From NCBI GenBank assembly GCA_051530055.1, contig CM121343.1, positions 6,728,389 through 6,792,388 of the forward strand: a DNA stretch of 64,000 nucleotides, written 5' to 3'. This document shows positions 10,573 through 21,767 of this stretch, one piece after another (the first letter of the stretch is position 1; each line of letters opens with the position of its first letter). The notes below the pieces were generated by a model. It searched no databases. It was not told where the DNA came from and saw only the letters and a program-made list of their open reading frames with translations. This stretch comes from Neoechinorhynchus agilis (lineage: Eukaryota; Animalia; Acanthocephala). Both the position numbers and the translations under genes were made by a program.

Positions 10573-13500
10573 ATGCCTGATGATCGCACGAGGGATTCCA
10601 TGGTACTAACAACGGAAAACTCCGAACACCACGCATCGCATCCGATGCAATACCAAACTAAGCAGCTCGTTGTAGCTACGACTCTCGGAGGAGGAGATAT
10701 TTCACAAGGACAACAGGTCGGTTGAACACTCTTCAACAAGTACTCGTTCATATCACTTTAAGATGTCTTGTCAACTTATAAATGAAAACAATGTCGACCA
10801 ACGACGGACTAACTCACCAGTATCCGAAAATACGAATGATCCCGTAAGCCGCCCCGTTTTCAACTTTATTCTACATCTTAAAGAACGAGAAGAAAGAGCG
10901 GAAAATGAGTGCCGCTGAAAATGAAGCAAAGGAAGAAAGTGGCTCACCTCGAGTCCAAACGGCAAATGAAGTGGTGGCGGCTACAACACAACCGATTATG
11001 CCGGGCGGCGGAGCGTCAACGCAACAACAACAACCGGCGAAAAGACTACACGTATCAAACATCCCATTCCGGTTCAGAGACAATGAGCTGAAATCAATGT
11101 TTTCGCCTTTTGGAGAAGTTACGGATGTGGAAATCATCTTTAATGAACGCGGCTCGAAGGTAAGCCTTCTCCGTCAATCTTCCTCTATTGACTTTGGCAT
11201 ATATTTTTTTTAAATTCGGGGTTTCGTGTAGGCTTTTACCGCGAATCGGGACCATTTTGTGACTTCATCATCTCGTGTTTAGAGGCAGACATAAAGCGAA
11301 TCTCTTGCGCCAACGTTCCGATCACAAAGTAAGCTAGCCTGCACGGCGAATCAACACTTGAGTCTCCCTCAGGTTGTTATATCATCTGCAACAAGTAGTT
11401 CTGCTAGACACTAGAAAATTCGAACAATTCGCAATGTCGTCCGAGAATTGCCCTAATGCATGCCAGTAACCGGGCCGCAAGCTCCTAGCACGTGCAATAT
11501 TGTACCTGAAATTTGAACAAAACTCACATACACTCGGGCACTCTTGGCTGTCATCGTCGTCGTACGTGATTATTATGTTAGACTCTAAGGAAGATGACCA
11601 GTAGATTGAGCATCGTCAGTTTTTTTTGAACCGCATGACCCGTACTTGGCCGCCGTACCCGTCGTCGTCGTCGTCAACAAAACAACAACAACGTTGTGCA
11701 TGAACCAACACCGATGGTGTATTTTGAGATGTTTCGAAATGAACTCTCGAATGCTACGGGTTTCCTCAGAACCGAGAAATTATAATCGCTCGTTTTAGGG
11801 CTTCGGTTTTGTTACGTTCGCTTGCGAAACACAAGCAAATGCTGCAAGGGAAAAACTCAATGGTTCAATCGTAGAGGGTCGCAAAATTGAGGTATTTGTG
11901 TGGATCAATCACGCACACCGCCCCAAAAGTCCCATAAATCCTTAACGAATGTCATTTCAGGTCAACATTGCAACAGCCAAATCTCAGTCGAGGCAAAAGG
12001 TACACAATAATCAAATTGGGATTCAAGGAAGGCCCATTTTTCTTCCAAGCGATGTAGCTTCGCAATTCAGCTATAATCTAGCAGCTCTTACAAATGCTAT
12101 ATCGTCTGGCCTGAACCCGTACATGACAGTCAGCCCTCAACATCTCAACTTAGGACAAGCTGCTGCCATATCTCCTCTGCTAAAACAAACTTTTATCGTA
12201 CCTGCTGCGCCGCAAATGATGCGGTCAACGTTGAATATGCCAACGATCGCAGTCGCAAACAATTTCCCTGCGGCGTACTCTTTTTATCCAATATCGTTCA
12301 ATAATCTTGCAACCACGCATCCACAGCAACAACAACAACCAAGTCAACCGTCGATTATAAGTCAAAACGCAGTATCTCAACCACTAGTTAATAATCCGTT
12401 TCAGGCCTTTGTTCCTAGAATCGCATTGATAACCACCGGACTACACCCACACCTACATCCTTCCTCGTCCCAATTCGCGGGCCTAGAACACGTATCAACC
12501 AATGGCACGATTGTTTCCAATCCACTCACGAACCACCCATATTATTTATCGTCCAATCCACATCAATTATTTGCCGTACCGAATGTCGCAAATCCTCTGC
12601 AGTATCTAATGACCACCACACAGCCATCTCAACAGGCAGCTGCGTATTTCTCAACGGATTCTGTAAATGCTCAACAAAGGTACACTTTAAAAACGTCTAT
12701 ATGCGATTGAACCTAATGTACACTCAAATCAAAACTACTCAGTGCTCAGATATTTTGGTTTTTTTTCGAAATGGTTACCCTTTATACCGCATAGGGAACA
12801 CTATACGTTGCTATGATAGAAAACGGTGGATAAGTAAGCGATTTTCATCAACCTTGGAGTCGTTTGGGGTTTTCGTTCGGGTCGTCCGTAGTACCAATTT
12901 CTTCATTAAAAATAATATTTTGGTCGTGTAGGGATTAATTCCCTTTCATAAACATTTCGTCGGACTTCTTCAGGTTGTAAAAGTGTTTTACGCGCACTGA
13001 AGAAGTCCGACGAGGCGGATGAAATATTTATGAAAAAGAATTACGAACAACTTCTTTACATTAGAAATAGTGCAATCTCAATACGCTATACTGAATTTTA
13101 AAAGTAGATTCAATATTTGTTTGTTTTTTGGTTATAAGAAAAATAGATATTGATTTATTATTCTCAATATTGTCTAAACATAACTAACAATCTGACGAAG
13201 TCTGACGAAATATTTTGAGGATAATAAATCAGTATCTATTTTTCTTATGTGCGAACTACCATTTTTGGAACAGATTCAATATTAATGATGAAAAAAGATA
13301 CTGTACTCTATGTCTTTGATTATTATATTCCGGAGAAAATATACTTTCGTTTGATAGTTTTGCCACCCCGCCGGATTTCAATTCACTAAATTATTTCTCC
13401 GATGTTTCACCTAACTTACAAACAATGATAAACCTTCAATTTAAATCTGACGAGGTGACAAAACTACCAAAAGAAAGAATACTGTACTCTGTTTTCGCCC

Positions 13501-14016
13501 TGCTACTCTGGATTCCTTTAGCAATGTAAGAAGAGTGCAAGAAAGTCTTAAGATTTATAAGAAACGATACGCTCGGAATTGATTGGACACGAGAATTGTT
13601 CTAAAAATATGTGACCACTGAGTTGTTTTTTGTTTTTTGTTTGAAACACATAAAGCTCTCCATTGTTTTATTAGACCCAATGGAGCTGTAGCCAAAAATG
13701 ATTCAGCTCAGACGAACGCATACATTACAAGCGATGCAACAAATACAGTTTCTCAGACCCTCGAAACTGTGGCAGTGGCGGGTCATGTAAATCAGCCAGA
13801 ATTAATATTGCAGCAATCACAGAAGGATAGCACCCCTGACTCAATGGTAAGTTTAAGTAGGAAATTGTAAAATACACAATTCTGCTTATTATGTAGGTGT
13901 CTGAACAATCGACCAATACAAAGCGATCGACGGGACCAATTAATTTTACAAGAAGAAAGTCAACAACGTTGTCTACGACGATTACTGGTCCTCCTGTTAG
14001 GTACTCCCCGTATTAG
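10573..14016 (+). CDS. RBFOX: RBFOX/Fox-1 RNA-binding protein, 7 exons: 10573-10716, 10763-10843, 10884-11159, 11799-11891, 11961-12679, 13675-13846, 13897-14016 (534 aa)
   Basis: [17 protein letters not shown]...[17 protein letters not shown]...GRKIE/VNIATAK; all six introns GT-AG and phase-compatible; C-terminus RYSPY matches the RBFOX RF/YxPY motif. Confidence 0.93.
11457..11702 (+). promoter_or_regulatory. RBFOX binding elements in RBFOX intron 3
   Basis: TGCATG at 11457 and 11697 and GCATG at 11633, upstream of the 93-nt RRM exon. Confidence 0.7.
12944..13245. ncRNA. Two inverted-repeat cassettes carrying hammerhead-like cores (Penelope pLTR-like) inside RBFOX intron 5
   Basis: CTGAAGA-a-GTCCG-acgagg-CGGAT-GAAA at 12997-13024 (+), its partial antisense mate at 12954-12973, and CTGACGA-agtctgac-GAAA at 13192-13210 within a second inverted repeat (13140-13170 / 13211-13245). 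Confidence 0.5.
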
Positions 14017-14231
14017 TTGCAAGGATTTCGGCGGTAAAAATCCTCCGTTTATTCTGTGGACGCGAGGAAAGATCACCTCTTAAAATGATGTTTGATTTTA
14101 CGCATCCGGAGAATGAAATGAGCAAGCGGATCTATCAAAAATGTAAACTTTCTTTCATTAATAACATGCAATAAATTCTCATAAACTTTCATCTTCGTTT
14201 CTGGCCGCCATTATCGCACCTAAATTAACCG

Positions 14232-14560
14232 ACTGTGAATGCGCCCAACATCCTGGCCGCCGTAGACCGGACGGTGTTAAAGTATTTCCGTGGAAGCAAT
14301 GCTTTCCCTGGGACGCCACTCGCAGCCAGCAACATAAAATTCGCCACTATTAAACGGGAAGGGGAGCAACAACAACCGCTCCTGAGTCGAAATCATTGTT
14401 TCGTTCAATTTGGCGTCGAGCCACTCGGATCGCTTGGTACCACGGTGCAGGATCTGGTCAAGCAATTGTCCAAGAGACTAGGGCGAATCACTTGCGATAC
14501 GCTGCATCCGTCCTCTCGACCGTTATACCAGGACGGCAACTAAGTGGTCCAGAGGGATGG
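14232..14560 (+). mobile_element. CRE-clade non-LTR fragment (internally deleted 3' end)
   Basis: NAPNIL...[10 protein letters not shown]...FGVEPLGSLG...QDLVKQLSKRL; nearly the same sequence as 8990-9425. Confidence 0.85.
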
Positions 14561-15259
14561 TGGTGTAAATGATATAAAATGAATTAAACAAAAGTCTGGT
14601 ACGATAAAAACTAAATTCAAGTCGCTTTTCAATGACGAAAAAAAATTTAAAAATAAGGTCAAGTTGTTGCTTTAGGTGGATAGTATGATTGTTTTTGTGA
14701 CGATTCTCACCCAGTCATGTATTTATTTGGTCGAATTTTCGAAAGAGCAGACCAGCGAGTCTCGAAAATTCGATCAAATAAATAAATGTCTGGGTGAGAA
14801 ACGTGACAAAAGCAAATTTAAAAATCTAGCAAATTTGCCTATCTCTACGAAGGAAACGACAAAGACAGCTATTGGTCACGAAACACACGATTGCGCGCTT
14901 GACTCTTGTATCAGGGATCGTCAATACCGTAAATCATTTCAAATCGGTGTGGAAGGGACAGCTCGAACCGATTGTGAATGTCTCATTTATTCCATCGTGT
15001 TGGCCGTTTCAATAAAGAGTCGATATTTATATTGAAATGGCAATATATGCCGGAAGGGAGCAAAGCAAGAGTTTGCCTACAACTATCTATAGTTGGCCTA
15101 AGGGACACAGTCTACGGGGTTGACGATCCCGGGTTCCCGAGTCAAAACGAAAAATCATTTGGTGTGTTGTGACAAATTCTTATGCAATTTTTGAATAGAA
15201 TTGATAATGACTCATAAAATCAGTCAAAATATACGTTATTCTTTAATTATCCCTAGCGG

Positions 15260-16285
15260 GTTTTGATGATCGACCCAAATAACAACATATCGAACCACCC
15301 GAATGCAAACCTCAATAAAAATAAGGCGAGCAGATTAGCCTTTCTTGGATCGTATGAGGGGAGTCAACCGATAGCGAAGAAAATTCAGAGGGAAAAGTTT
15401 TGTCTTGACCAAGATTTGTGGTGACAGTTGAAGAATGGTGCCAGCAGAGAGGCGCTAACCACGTTCCCGTGAATGGAATCAGATAGTCGATCTGGGACAG
15501 ACCTCTCGTCGCGAGAGCTTACAGCTCTCTACTTTCAGGTTCTCGCGATGAGGTCGTCCGAGCTAGATTGTTGGCAGTTTCGACACGAGAATCGGGGTCG
15601 TGGTTGGAGGCTGTTCCTCGGGCATCTGTGGGAACTCTTCTCACCGATGAGGTAACGAGGATCGCAGTGTCCTTAAGGCTTGGTCTCCCGATATGCCCGC
15701 CCCATCGCTGTCGATGTGGGTCTTTGGTTGATGCTTTCGGGCGACACGGTCTCGTCTGCAGAAGGTCAGCAGGAAGGTTCTCACGCCATTCTGAAATCAA
15801 TAACGCAATTTCTCGGGCGTTGAGAACGGCGAACTTTCCGAACATCCTGGAACCCGCCCATTTTGGCGATTAGACGCTCGTCGATCTGAGGAATTTCGGT
15901 CTTTCCGTTGCGGGAGGGCAAATGTCTTCTCTAGGACGCGACGTGTGTGGACACCCTCACAGTATGCAACATTCCGTACTCTCTCGAAATCCCTGGAGGT
16001 GCAGCCAGTGGAGCGGAAGGGAGGAAGGTACGAAAATATAGGGATTTAGCAAGAACCCACTATTTTGTCCCCTTCGGAGTAGAGACGTATGGAGCGCTTG
16101 GCAGCTCAGCACTCACTCTGCTCCAGGATCTCTCGAAGAAATTGAGAGAAACGACCGGCGACGCACGAGCAGGTGTATTCCTTCGACAAAATATCTCGCT
16201 CGCAGTACAACGGGACAATGCTGCTAGCGTGATAGCGACAGCCGAGGGAGGAGAGAAGCTCCAATTTTGCGGACGGTGGTGATTG
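15260..16285 (+). mobile_element. CRE-clade non-LTR fragment, second subfamily (Zn-knuckle + RLE), degenerate
   Basis: LAVSTRESGSWLEAVP...LRLGLPICPPHRCRCG...GRHGLVC...RHSEIN, then DTLT...KYRDL...FVPFGVETYG...QNISLAVQRDNAA; stops and frameshifts present. Confidence 0.9.
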
Positions 16286-16394
16286 CACGTTTTGTACTTT
16301 AAAAAGTAAAATTTAATGATTTCAAAAATTTTTTTAGAGCCTGAGTAAAATTGGATGGGGGGGTTCACTTTCTTTGAACGCAAATTGCAAACTT

Positions 16395-18112
16395 TCAATT
16401 ATAAATTGGGTTTACTTGCAATGAACGATTAAAATTGATCCGTCAGTTGTGCTCCGGATCTAAAGTGAAGTTTAAGTGACATTTTTTCGAAGTTCTGGGG
16501 TTAAAAAAGAAATGTAAATGGTTTTTACTTGCAAGGAACGATTCAAATTGATCTGGAGGTTGTGCCCGGCCATTAAATCGACTTTAGGTGACCATTTTCG
16601 AAGTTCTGATGGTAAAAAGGAATTATTAATGGAATTTACTTGCAATGAACGATTAAAATTGATCCGTCAGTTGTGCTCCGGCTCTAAAGTGAAATTTAAG
16701 TGACATTTTTCGAAGTTCTGGGGTTAAAAAAGAATTGTTAATGGAATTGACTTGCAATGAACGATCAAAATTGATCTGTCGGCTGTTCTCCGACTCTTAA
16801 ACGAACTTTAAGTGACCATTTTTCGACGTTCCGGGCCTAAAAAAGAATTATAAATTGGGTTTACTTGCAATAAAGGATTGGAATTGATCCGTCAGTTGTG
16901 CTCCGGCTCTAAAGTGAAGTTTAAGTGACATTTTTTCGAAGTTCTGGGGTTAAAAAAGAAATGTAAATGGTTTTTACTTACAAAGAACGATTCAAATTGA
17001 TGTGGAGGTTGTGCCCGGCCATTAAGTCAACTTTAGGTGAATATTTTTCGACGTTCGGGGCCTAAAAAAGAATTATAAATTGGGTTTACTTGCAATGAGC
17101 GATTAAAATTGATCCGTCAGTTGTGCTCCGGCTCTAAAGTGAAATTTAAGTGACATTTTTTCGAAGTTCTGGGGCTAAAAAAGAATTGTAAATGGGGGTT
17201 TACTTGCAAGGAACGATCAAAATTGATCTGTCGGCTGTGTCCCAGCTCTTGAATGAACTTTAAGTGACAATTTTTCGAAGTTCTATTGCTAAAAAAGAAT
17301 TGTAAATGGGGGGTTTACTTGCAATGAACGATTGGAATTGATCCGTCAGTTGTGCTCCGGCTCTAAAGTGAAATTTAAGTGACAGTTTTTCGAAGTTCTG
17401 GGGTAAAATTGATCCGTCAGTTGTGCTCCGGCTCTAAAGTGAACTTTAAGTGACATTTTTCGAAGTTCTGGGGCTAAAAAAGAATTATAAATGGTTTTGC
17501 TTGCAAGGAACGATCAAAATTGATCTGTCGACTGTATACCAGCTCTTGAATGAACTTTAAGTGACCATTTTTCGAAGTTCTATGGCTAAAAAAGATTTGT
17601 AAATGGGGGTTTACATGCAATGAACGATTAAAATTGATCCGTAAGTTGTGCTCCGGCTCTAAAGTGAAATTTAAGTGACATTTTTTCGAAGTTCTGGGGC
17701 CAAAAAAGAATTGTGAATGGTTTTCACTTGCAAGGAACGACCAAAATTGATCTGTCGGCTGTGTCCCAGCTCTTGAATGAACTTCAAGTGACATTTATCG
17801 AAGTTCTGGGCTAAAAAAGAACTATAAATGGATTTACTTGCAATGAACGATTGAAATTGATCCGTCAGTTGTGCTCCGGCTCTGAAGTGAACGCTAAGTG
17901 ACAATTTTTCGAAGTTCTGCAGCTAAAAAAGAATTGTAAATGTGGTTTACTTACAATGATCGATTCAAATCGATCTGTCAGTTGTTCTTCGGCTCTTAAA
18001 TTAACTTTAAGTGACCATTTTTCGAAGTTCTAGTGATAAAGAATTTAAAATTGGATTTGCTTCTAATGAACGATTAAAATTGATCTGTCGGGTTTTCTCC
18101 GGCCATTAAAAA
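16395..18112. repeat. ~112 bp satellite with higher-order (A/B, A/C) alternation, ~15 monomers
   Basis: cttgcaatgaacg recurs at 16415, 16528, 16639, 16751, 16864; every second monomer carries gatccgtcagttgtgctccggctctaaag. Confidence 0.95.
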
Positions 18113-18562
18113 GTAAAATAGAATGCACCGTCAGTTGGTGATGCTCACAGTTTTCGCATGATGATATTGTAGCGAGCATAGCCTGTAGATCGGTTTTATT
18201 GTGTGATTGCTCGTCTAAAATATTGATTGTAAATAAGGAAGGGTATTTAAAATTTATAATCAGTGAACGTTTACTATTTTTACGTGATAAAACCAAGTTT
18301 CAGCAAACAAACCCCGTTTGCAGGTTCAAAATCGTACCTACGATATTTGGTCATTTGCCGTCGTCGCAGACGGAATGCAATTTTTTTCCTGTTGTTCTCT
18401 TGTCCTATGACAGCTAATACAATTCTGCTTTCCCTTCCACCTGATGATGCTCGAAGTGTTTCCCCTCCGCTCTCGGAATTGGAGTTTAACCGAGAGCAAC
18501 TGTGCACTTGCATGCTTTATGAATTCGCATACAACCTCAGTGCAAACGACTGCTTGTAAAGA

Positions 18563-19010
18563 ATGAAAAACATCTCGGTTTTGAAGCTGCAGATCGTGCA
18601 AGTGAGTTCAACTGCAAAAAATAATCAATAATAGATAATTCGAAGTCAGCGATGCTCAACATGATGGATGTCCCAGAACTTCAACTGGAGAGCAAGGCAT
18701 CATCTGTGCGATGGCCCTGATTGAGGAACTCAAAATGGATCCTCCGTTCATGGCGGCTTCGATGACTTCGAATGATATATTGTTGTTGATTTTTTTGAAC
18801 TTTAACTAACTTGCACGATCTGCAACTTCATCACCGCGATTGGAATTATTGTTTAGAAGTCTACAGCCGCGGTAAATGATTATGAACCCCTTAAGAAGTT
18901 CGCAGAACGTTTTTAATCGAAAAAATATTATTTACCGCGACTGAAGAGACTTGTAAACAATGATTCCTTCCTCGTCACATATCGACATTTTCATCACCGA
19001 GATGTTTTCT
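18563..19010. mobile_element. MITE-like element with ~80 bp TIRs, carrying a nested second inverted-repeat element (18842-18967)
   Basis: gaagctgcagatcgtgcaag...ttcgaagtca pairs with tgacttcgaa...cttgcacgatctgcaacttc; catcaccg(c/a)gat is duplicated at ~18828 and ~18994 around the nested unit. Confidence 0.7.
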
Positions 19011-19567
19011 GAAATAAAAATTATTTACCGGTTGGAGACCTAAAGAATAAGTCTAACTTCGAGTTCTTTTTCCCATCATCATCAAGTGGAAGGGTAAGGA
19101 AAATTGTAGTAACTGCGAAAGGACTAGAGAACAATAGGAAAATAGTGTATCTGTCTACGACGACGACGACGACGGTAAGTGACCGAATCGCAAAACTTAT
19201 AGAAAACTCTCGTATGAGTGTTAGAAATCTACAAGTTTTCCTTTAGATGATATTTGTTAAACAAAAGGGCAAACTAAATATGCAATAATGCTTTCAAAGT
19301 TTCTATTGTTGCCATCGAAAGCGTGAAAGTTGCTAACCTTTGCTAGGTCCTGCGAATAGAATACAGTAGATCAATAGTTCAGTAAGGAAATTGGAAAAAA
19401 TGATACAATGTTGAGGCATTTTTAAAGGTCTTTAAAGAAATGAGTAAGCCATGGATAAATTTGCTTTCTTTTAAGCTAAGATTTTTCAATTATCATGTTA
19501 GAGTTCTTGACTTATTCTGAAAATTTTTTGTAAATTAAAACAATTACTCTTAAACTGTCATGTTTGT

Positions 19568-19665
19568 TCGGCTGCTTCCTTGATGGCCGCGGCATTGCCG
19601 TGTTGGATCGCCGCGCTGATTCGCTGCAACAGAAAGCTGCTGGATCGCGTATCGCCGGTGGCATG
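19568..19665 (-). mobile_element. CRE-clade 3' terminal fragment
   Basis: Minus strand encodes ATGDTRSSSFLLQRISAAIQHGNAAAIK, the RLE C-terminal motif. Confidence 0.7.
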
Positions 19666-19838
19666 TTTTAGCATCCCTCCCAGTCGTGAGAGGAAATAAT
19701 CGGCTTCTTTTCCGAGACATCCCAGTGTTTCCACCACAATCGGGATGAATATATATTGATGCCCATTAAGCGAGGAGTACTTCTGCCGCTTCTTTTCCTC
19801 GCTGAAGCTGGCGACTGCTCCCGCCTTTGAGGTTTGAT

Positions 19839-19890
19839 TTTAAAATTCGATATTTCGGCACACAACCTCGTACGCCTTTATCAAAGTTGC
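19839..19890 (-). ncRNA. Hammerhead-like motif, U3-A8 family copy
   Basis: Minus strand: TTGATAA-a-GGC-gtacgaggttgtgt-GCC-GAAA-TATC; helix I degenerate. Confidence 0.45.
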
Positions 19891-20335
19891 TATCGGATTT
19901 TAAAATCCGAAAAACCATATAAACAGTTCAATCTTCAAACGTTAATCGCACATAATCTGAATGTATCGATTTTGGAGCTTGGAAATTCGAGGATTCGCGT
20001 GTGTGTCGCAGTTTCATTAATGTTTTCTGAGGAAAATAAAAGTTGAAGCAAAATTTGTCGAATTCGTCTATGAAAGGATTTGGACATGGTATTGTAGCCT
20101 TCGCTGATTGTGGATCAGCGCCGTTGATGTTTCCCGCGTACGCCACACATTTTCGCATGAAATTCGAGACCCCTTCCTCCATCATTGAGCGTATGACGTA
20201 TGCAGTTTTTCATAGTGCCACCCACGAAAAACACGGAAGAATCGATGCCAACAGGGTGCTTTTTTGCAACGATCAACTTCCACACACACAGCTCCGTGTG
20301 AGTTAGCTAATCTCCACATCTCGGTACTTTCAGAA

Positions 20336-21063
20336 ATGACTGATAATCACGTTAGCATGGAAGCGGCCGAAATGCGGTTCCCTCCAATTCGCCCACTGTC
20401 GGATTTCATAACCGATTCGAATCGATGGGCAGTGCCCAACTTCGGAAATATTAACAAGCTTAACAACCGCATTCTTTGCAATCTTCTATATTATCAGACG
20501 AATTATTGATTTAAATCTTTTTTTTCGGTATACTTTATAAGAGAGAGAGATTTAAATGTTATTTCGCATGCGGATTCGTGTTTTTCCTATTTGCTGGGTA
20601 AAATTCTTTTCTCTTAGGCAAGTTCATGAGCTTTCATTTAGATACAAATATCCCTATGATTTCGTGTTCGGTCTTGCATCATTGGTCGTGATCACAATGA
20701 GCATAATTTTCGGATTCCAAAAATATCAAAATCTGTCCCGACTTAAAAAAGACCGACCTTTGATAATGATCGGGATTTTCTTATCAGCGACTATTCTATT
20801 CAGTTGGTTGATTGGTCACATCTTAATGTTCACTTTAGCTGTATTAGTTCCCATAGTCGGTAAGTGTTTTTTTCCACCAAAAACAACCAATCGAAACTAT
20901 TTTGTTTGTTGTGTGTGTAGGCATGTTGATTCATGCAACGTTCAGAATGAGAAACATGAGCAACAAGTTAGCAAACAGAGTAGAACGAATGGGATTGGCT
21001 ACTACGCCAATGGGTACATTTTTAGGATCAATCGGTGCAACCGAAAAGATGTTCAATTTGTAG
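20336..21063 (+). CDS. ARL6IP5: PRA1-family protein (ARL6IP5/JWA-like), 188 aa after removing 20505-20560 (non-canonical), 20598-20641 and 20860-20920 (GT-AG)
   Basis: PIRPLSDFI...NNRILCNLLYYQTNY / FACGFVFFLFAG / YKYP...LVPIVG / MLIHATFRMRN...TPMG collinear with the family; exon lengths sum to a multiple of 3. Confidence 0.88.
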
Positions 21064-21204
21064 ACGATTGAAGTGTAGACCAAACAAAAATATTTGATAG
21101 CATGAATCGAGTTCTTACGCCGCCTCTAATAAATACACGATTTTAACCTGCGTGGCTCAGCCGGTTACCTTCTCTTCGTTTTTCAAATCATTGAGAAGTG
21201 CAAT

Positions 21205-21449
21205 GGAAGCGCACGCGTTCAATACTCATGACCGTATTTGTACGAATCATCGTCCGGCCGGGACGCGAGACTCATCCCTTCAACGGTTGTACGGGGTAGC
21301 GGCTGAGCCACGCATAGAAAATAGTTTGTACATTCCAAGGTTGTGTCGAGATTATCTAGGGGAAGAGGAAACTCACTGATGAGTCTCGCGTCCTGGTCGG
21401 ATGAAGATTCGTACAAATACGGTCATGAGTATTGAGCGCGTGCGCTTCC
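21205..21449. mobile_element. MITE-like element, 72 bp TIRs, 101 nt spacer
   Basis: 21205-21276 is the near reverse complement of 21378-21449. Confidence 0.8.
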
Positions 21450-21561
21450 GTGTGGTTGTGTATTGTAAAGAAAAAAATAGTCATAGTGTCGTTCCTCAAC
21501 TGTTGCGGAGGATATTAGTTACAAATGTCGATGTGAGAGGAGGTACCGGGGAATGTGGAAA

Positions 21562-21767
21562 GGAATTATTATGGTTAGAAGTCTCTTCAGCCGCGGTAAA
21601 TGATTTCTTTTCGATTAAAAAAAGGTTCTGCGAACCTCGTGTCGGTTTACGCTACCAATAAACACACTGATGATAATGAACCCTGTTAACAGGTTCGCAA
21701 AACCTTTTTTTAATCGAAAAGAAATCATTTATTGCGGGTGAAGAGACTTCTAAACAATAATAATTCC
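21562..21767. mobile_element. MITE-like element, ~76 bp TIRs; related to 18842-18967
   Basis: ggaattatt...gaagtctcttcagccgcggtaaatgatttcttttcgattaaaaaaagg...gcgaacct and its reverse complement at 21691-21767. Confidence 0.8.

Noticed and set aside
10239-10751. Poly-Ala/Arg/Pro ORFs on both strands
   Set aside because: They arise from GCG/CTG repeats in the RBFOX 5' region and use non-ATG starts; the coding start fits 10573.
14676-15172. ORFs between CRE fragments
   Set aside because: Non-ATG starts and no recognisable motifs.
18280-20185. Minus-strand gene from ORFs 19928-20185 and 18280-18513
   Set aside because: No recognisable domain or consistent splice chain; left unannotated.
21376-21410. 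CTGATGAG hammerhead start in a MITE arm
   Set aside because: No GAAA follows a plausible helix II.
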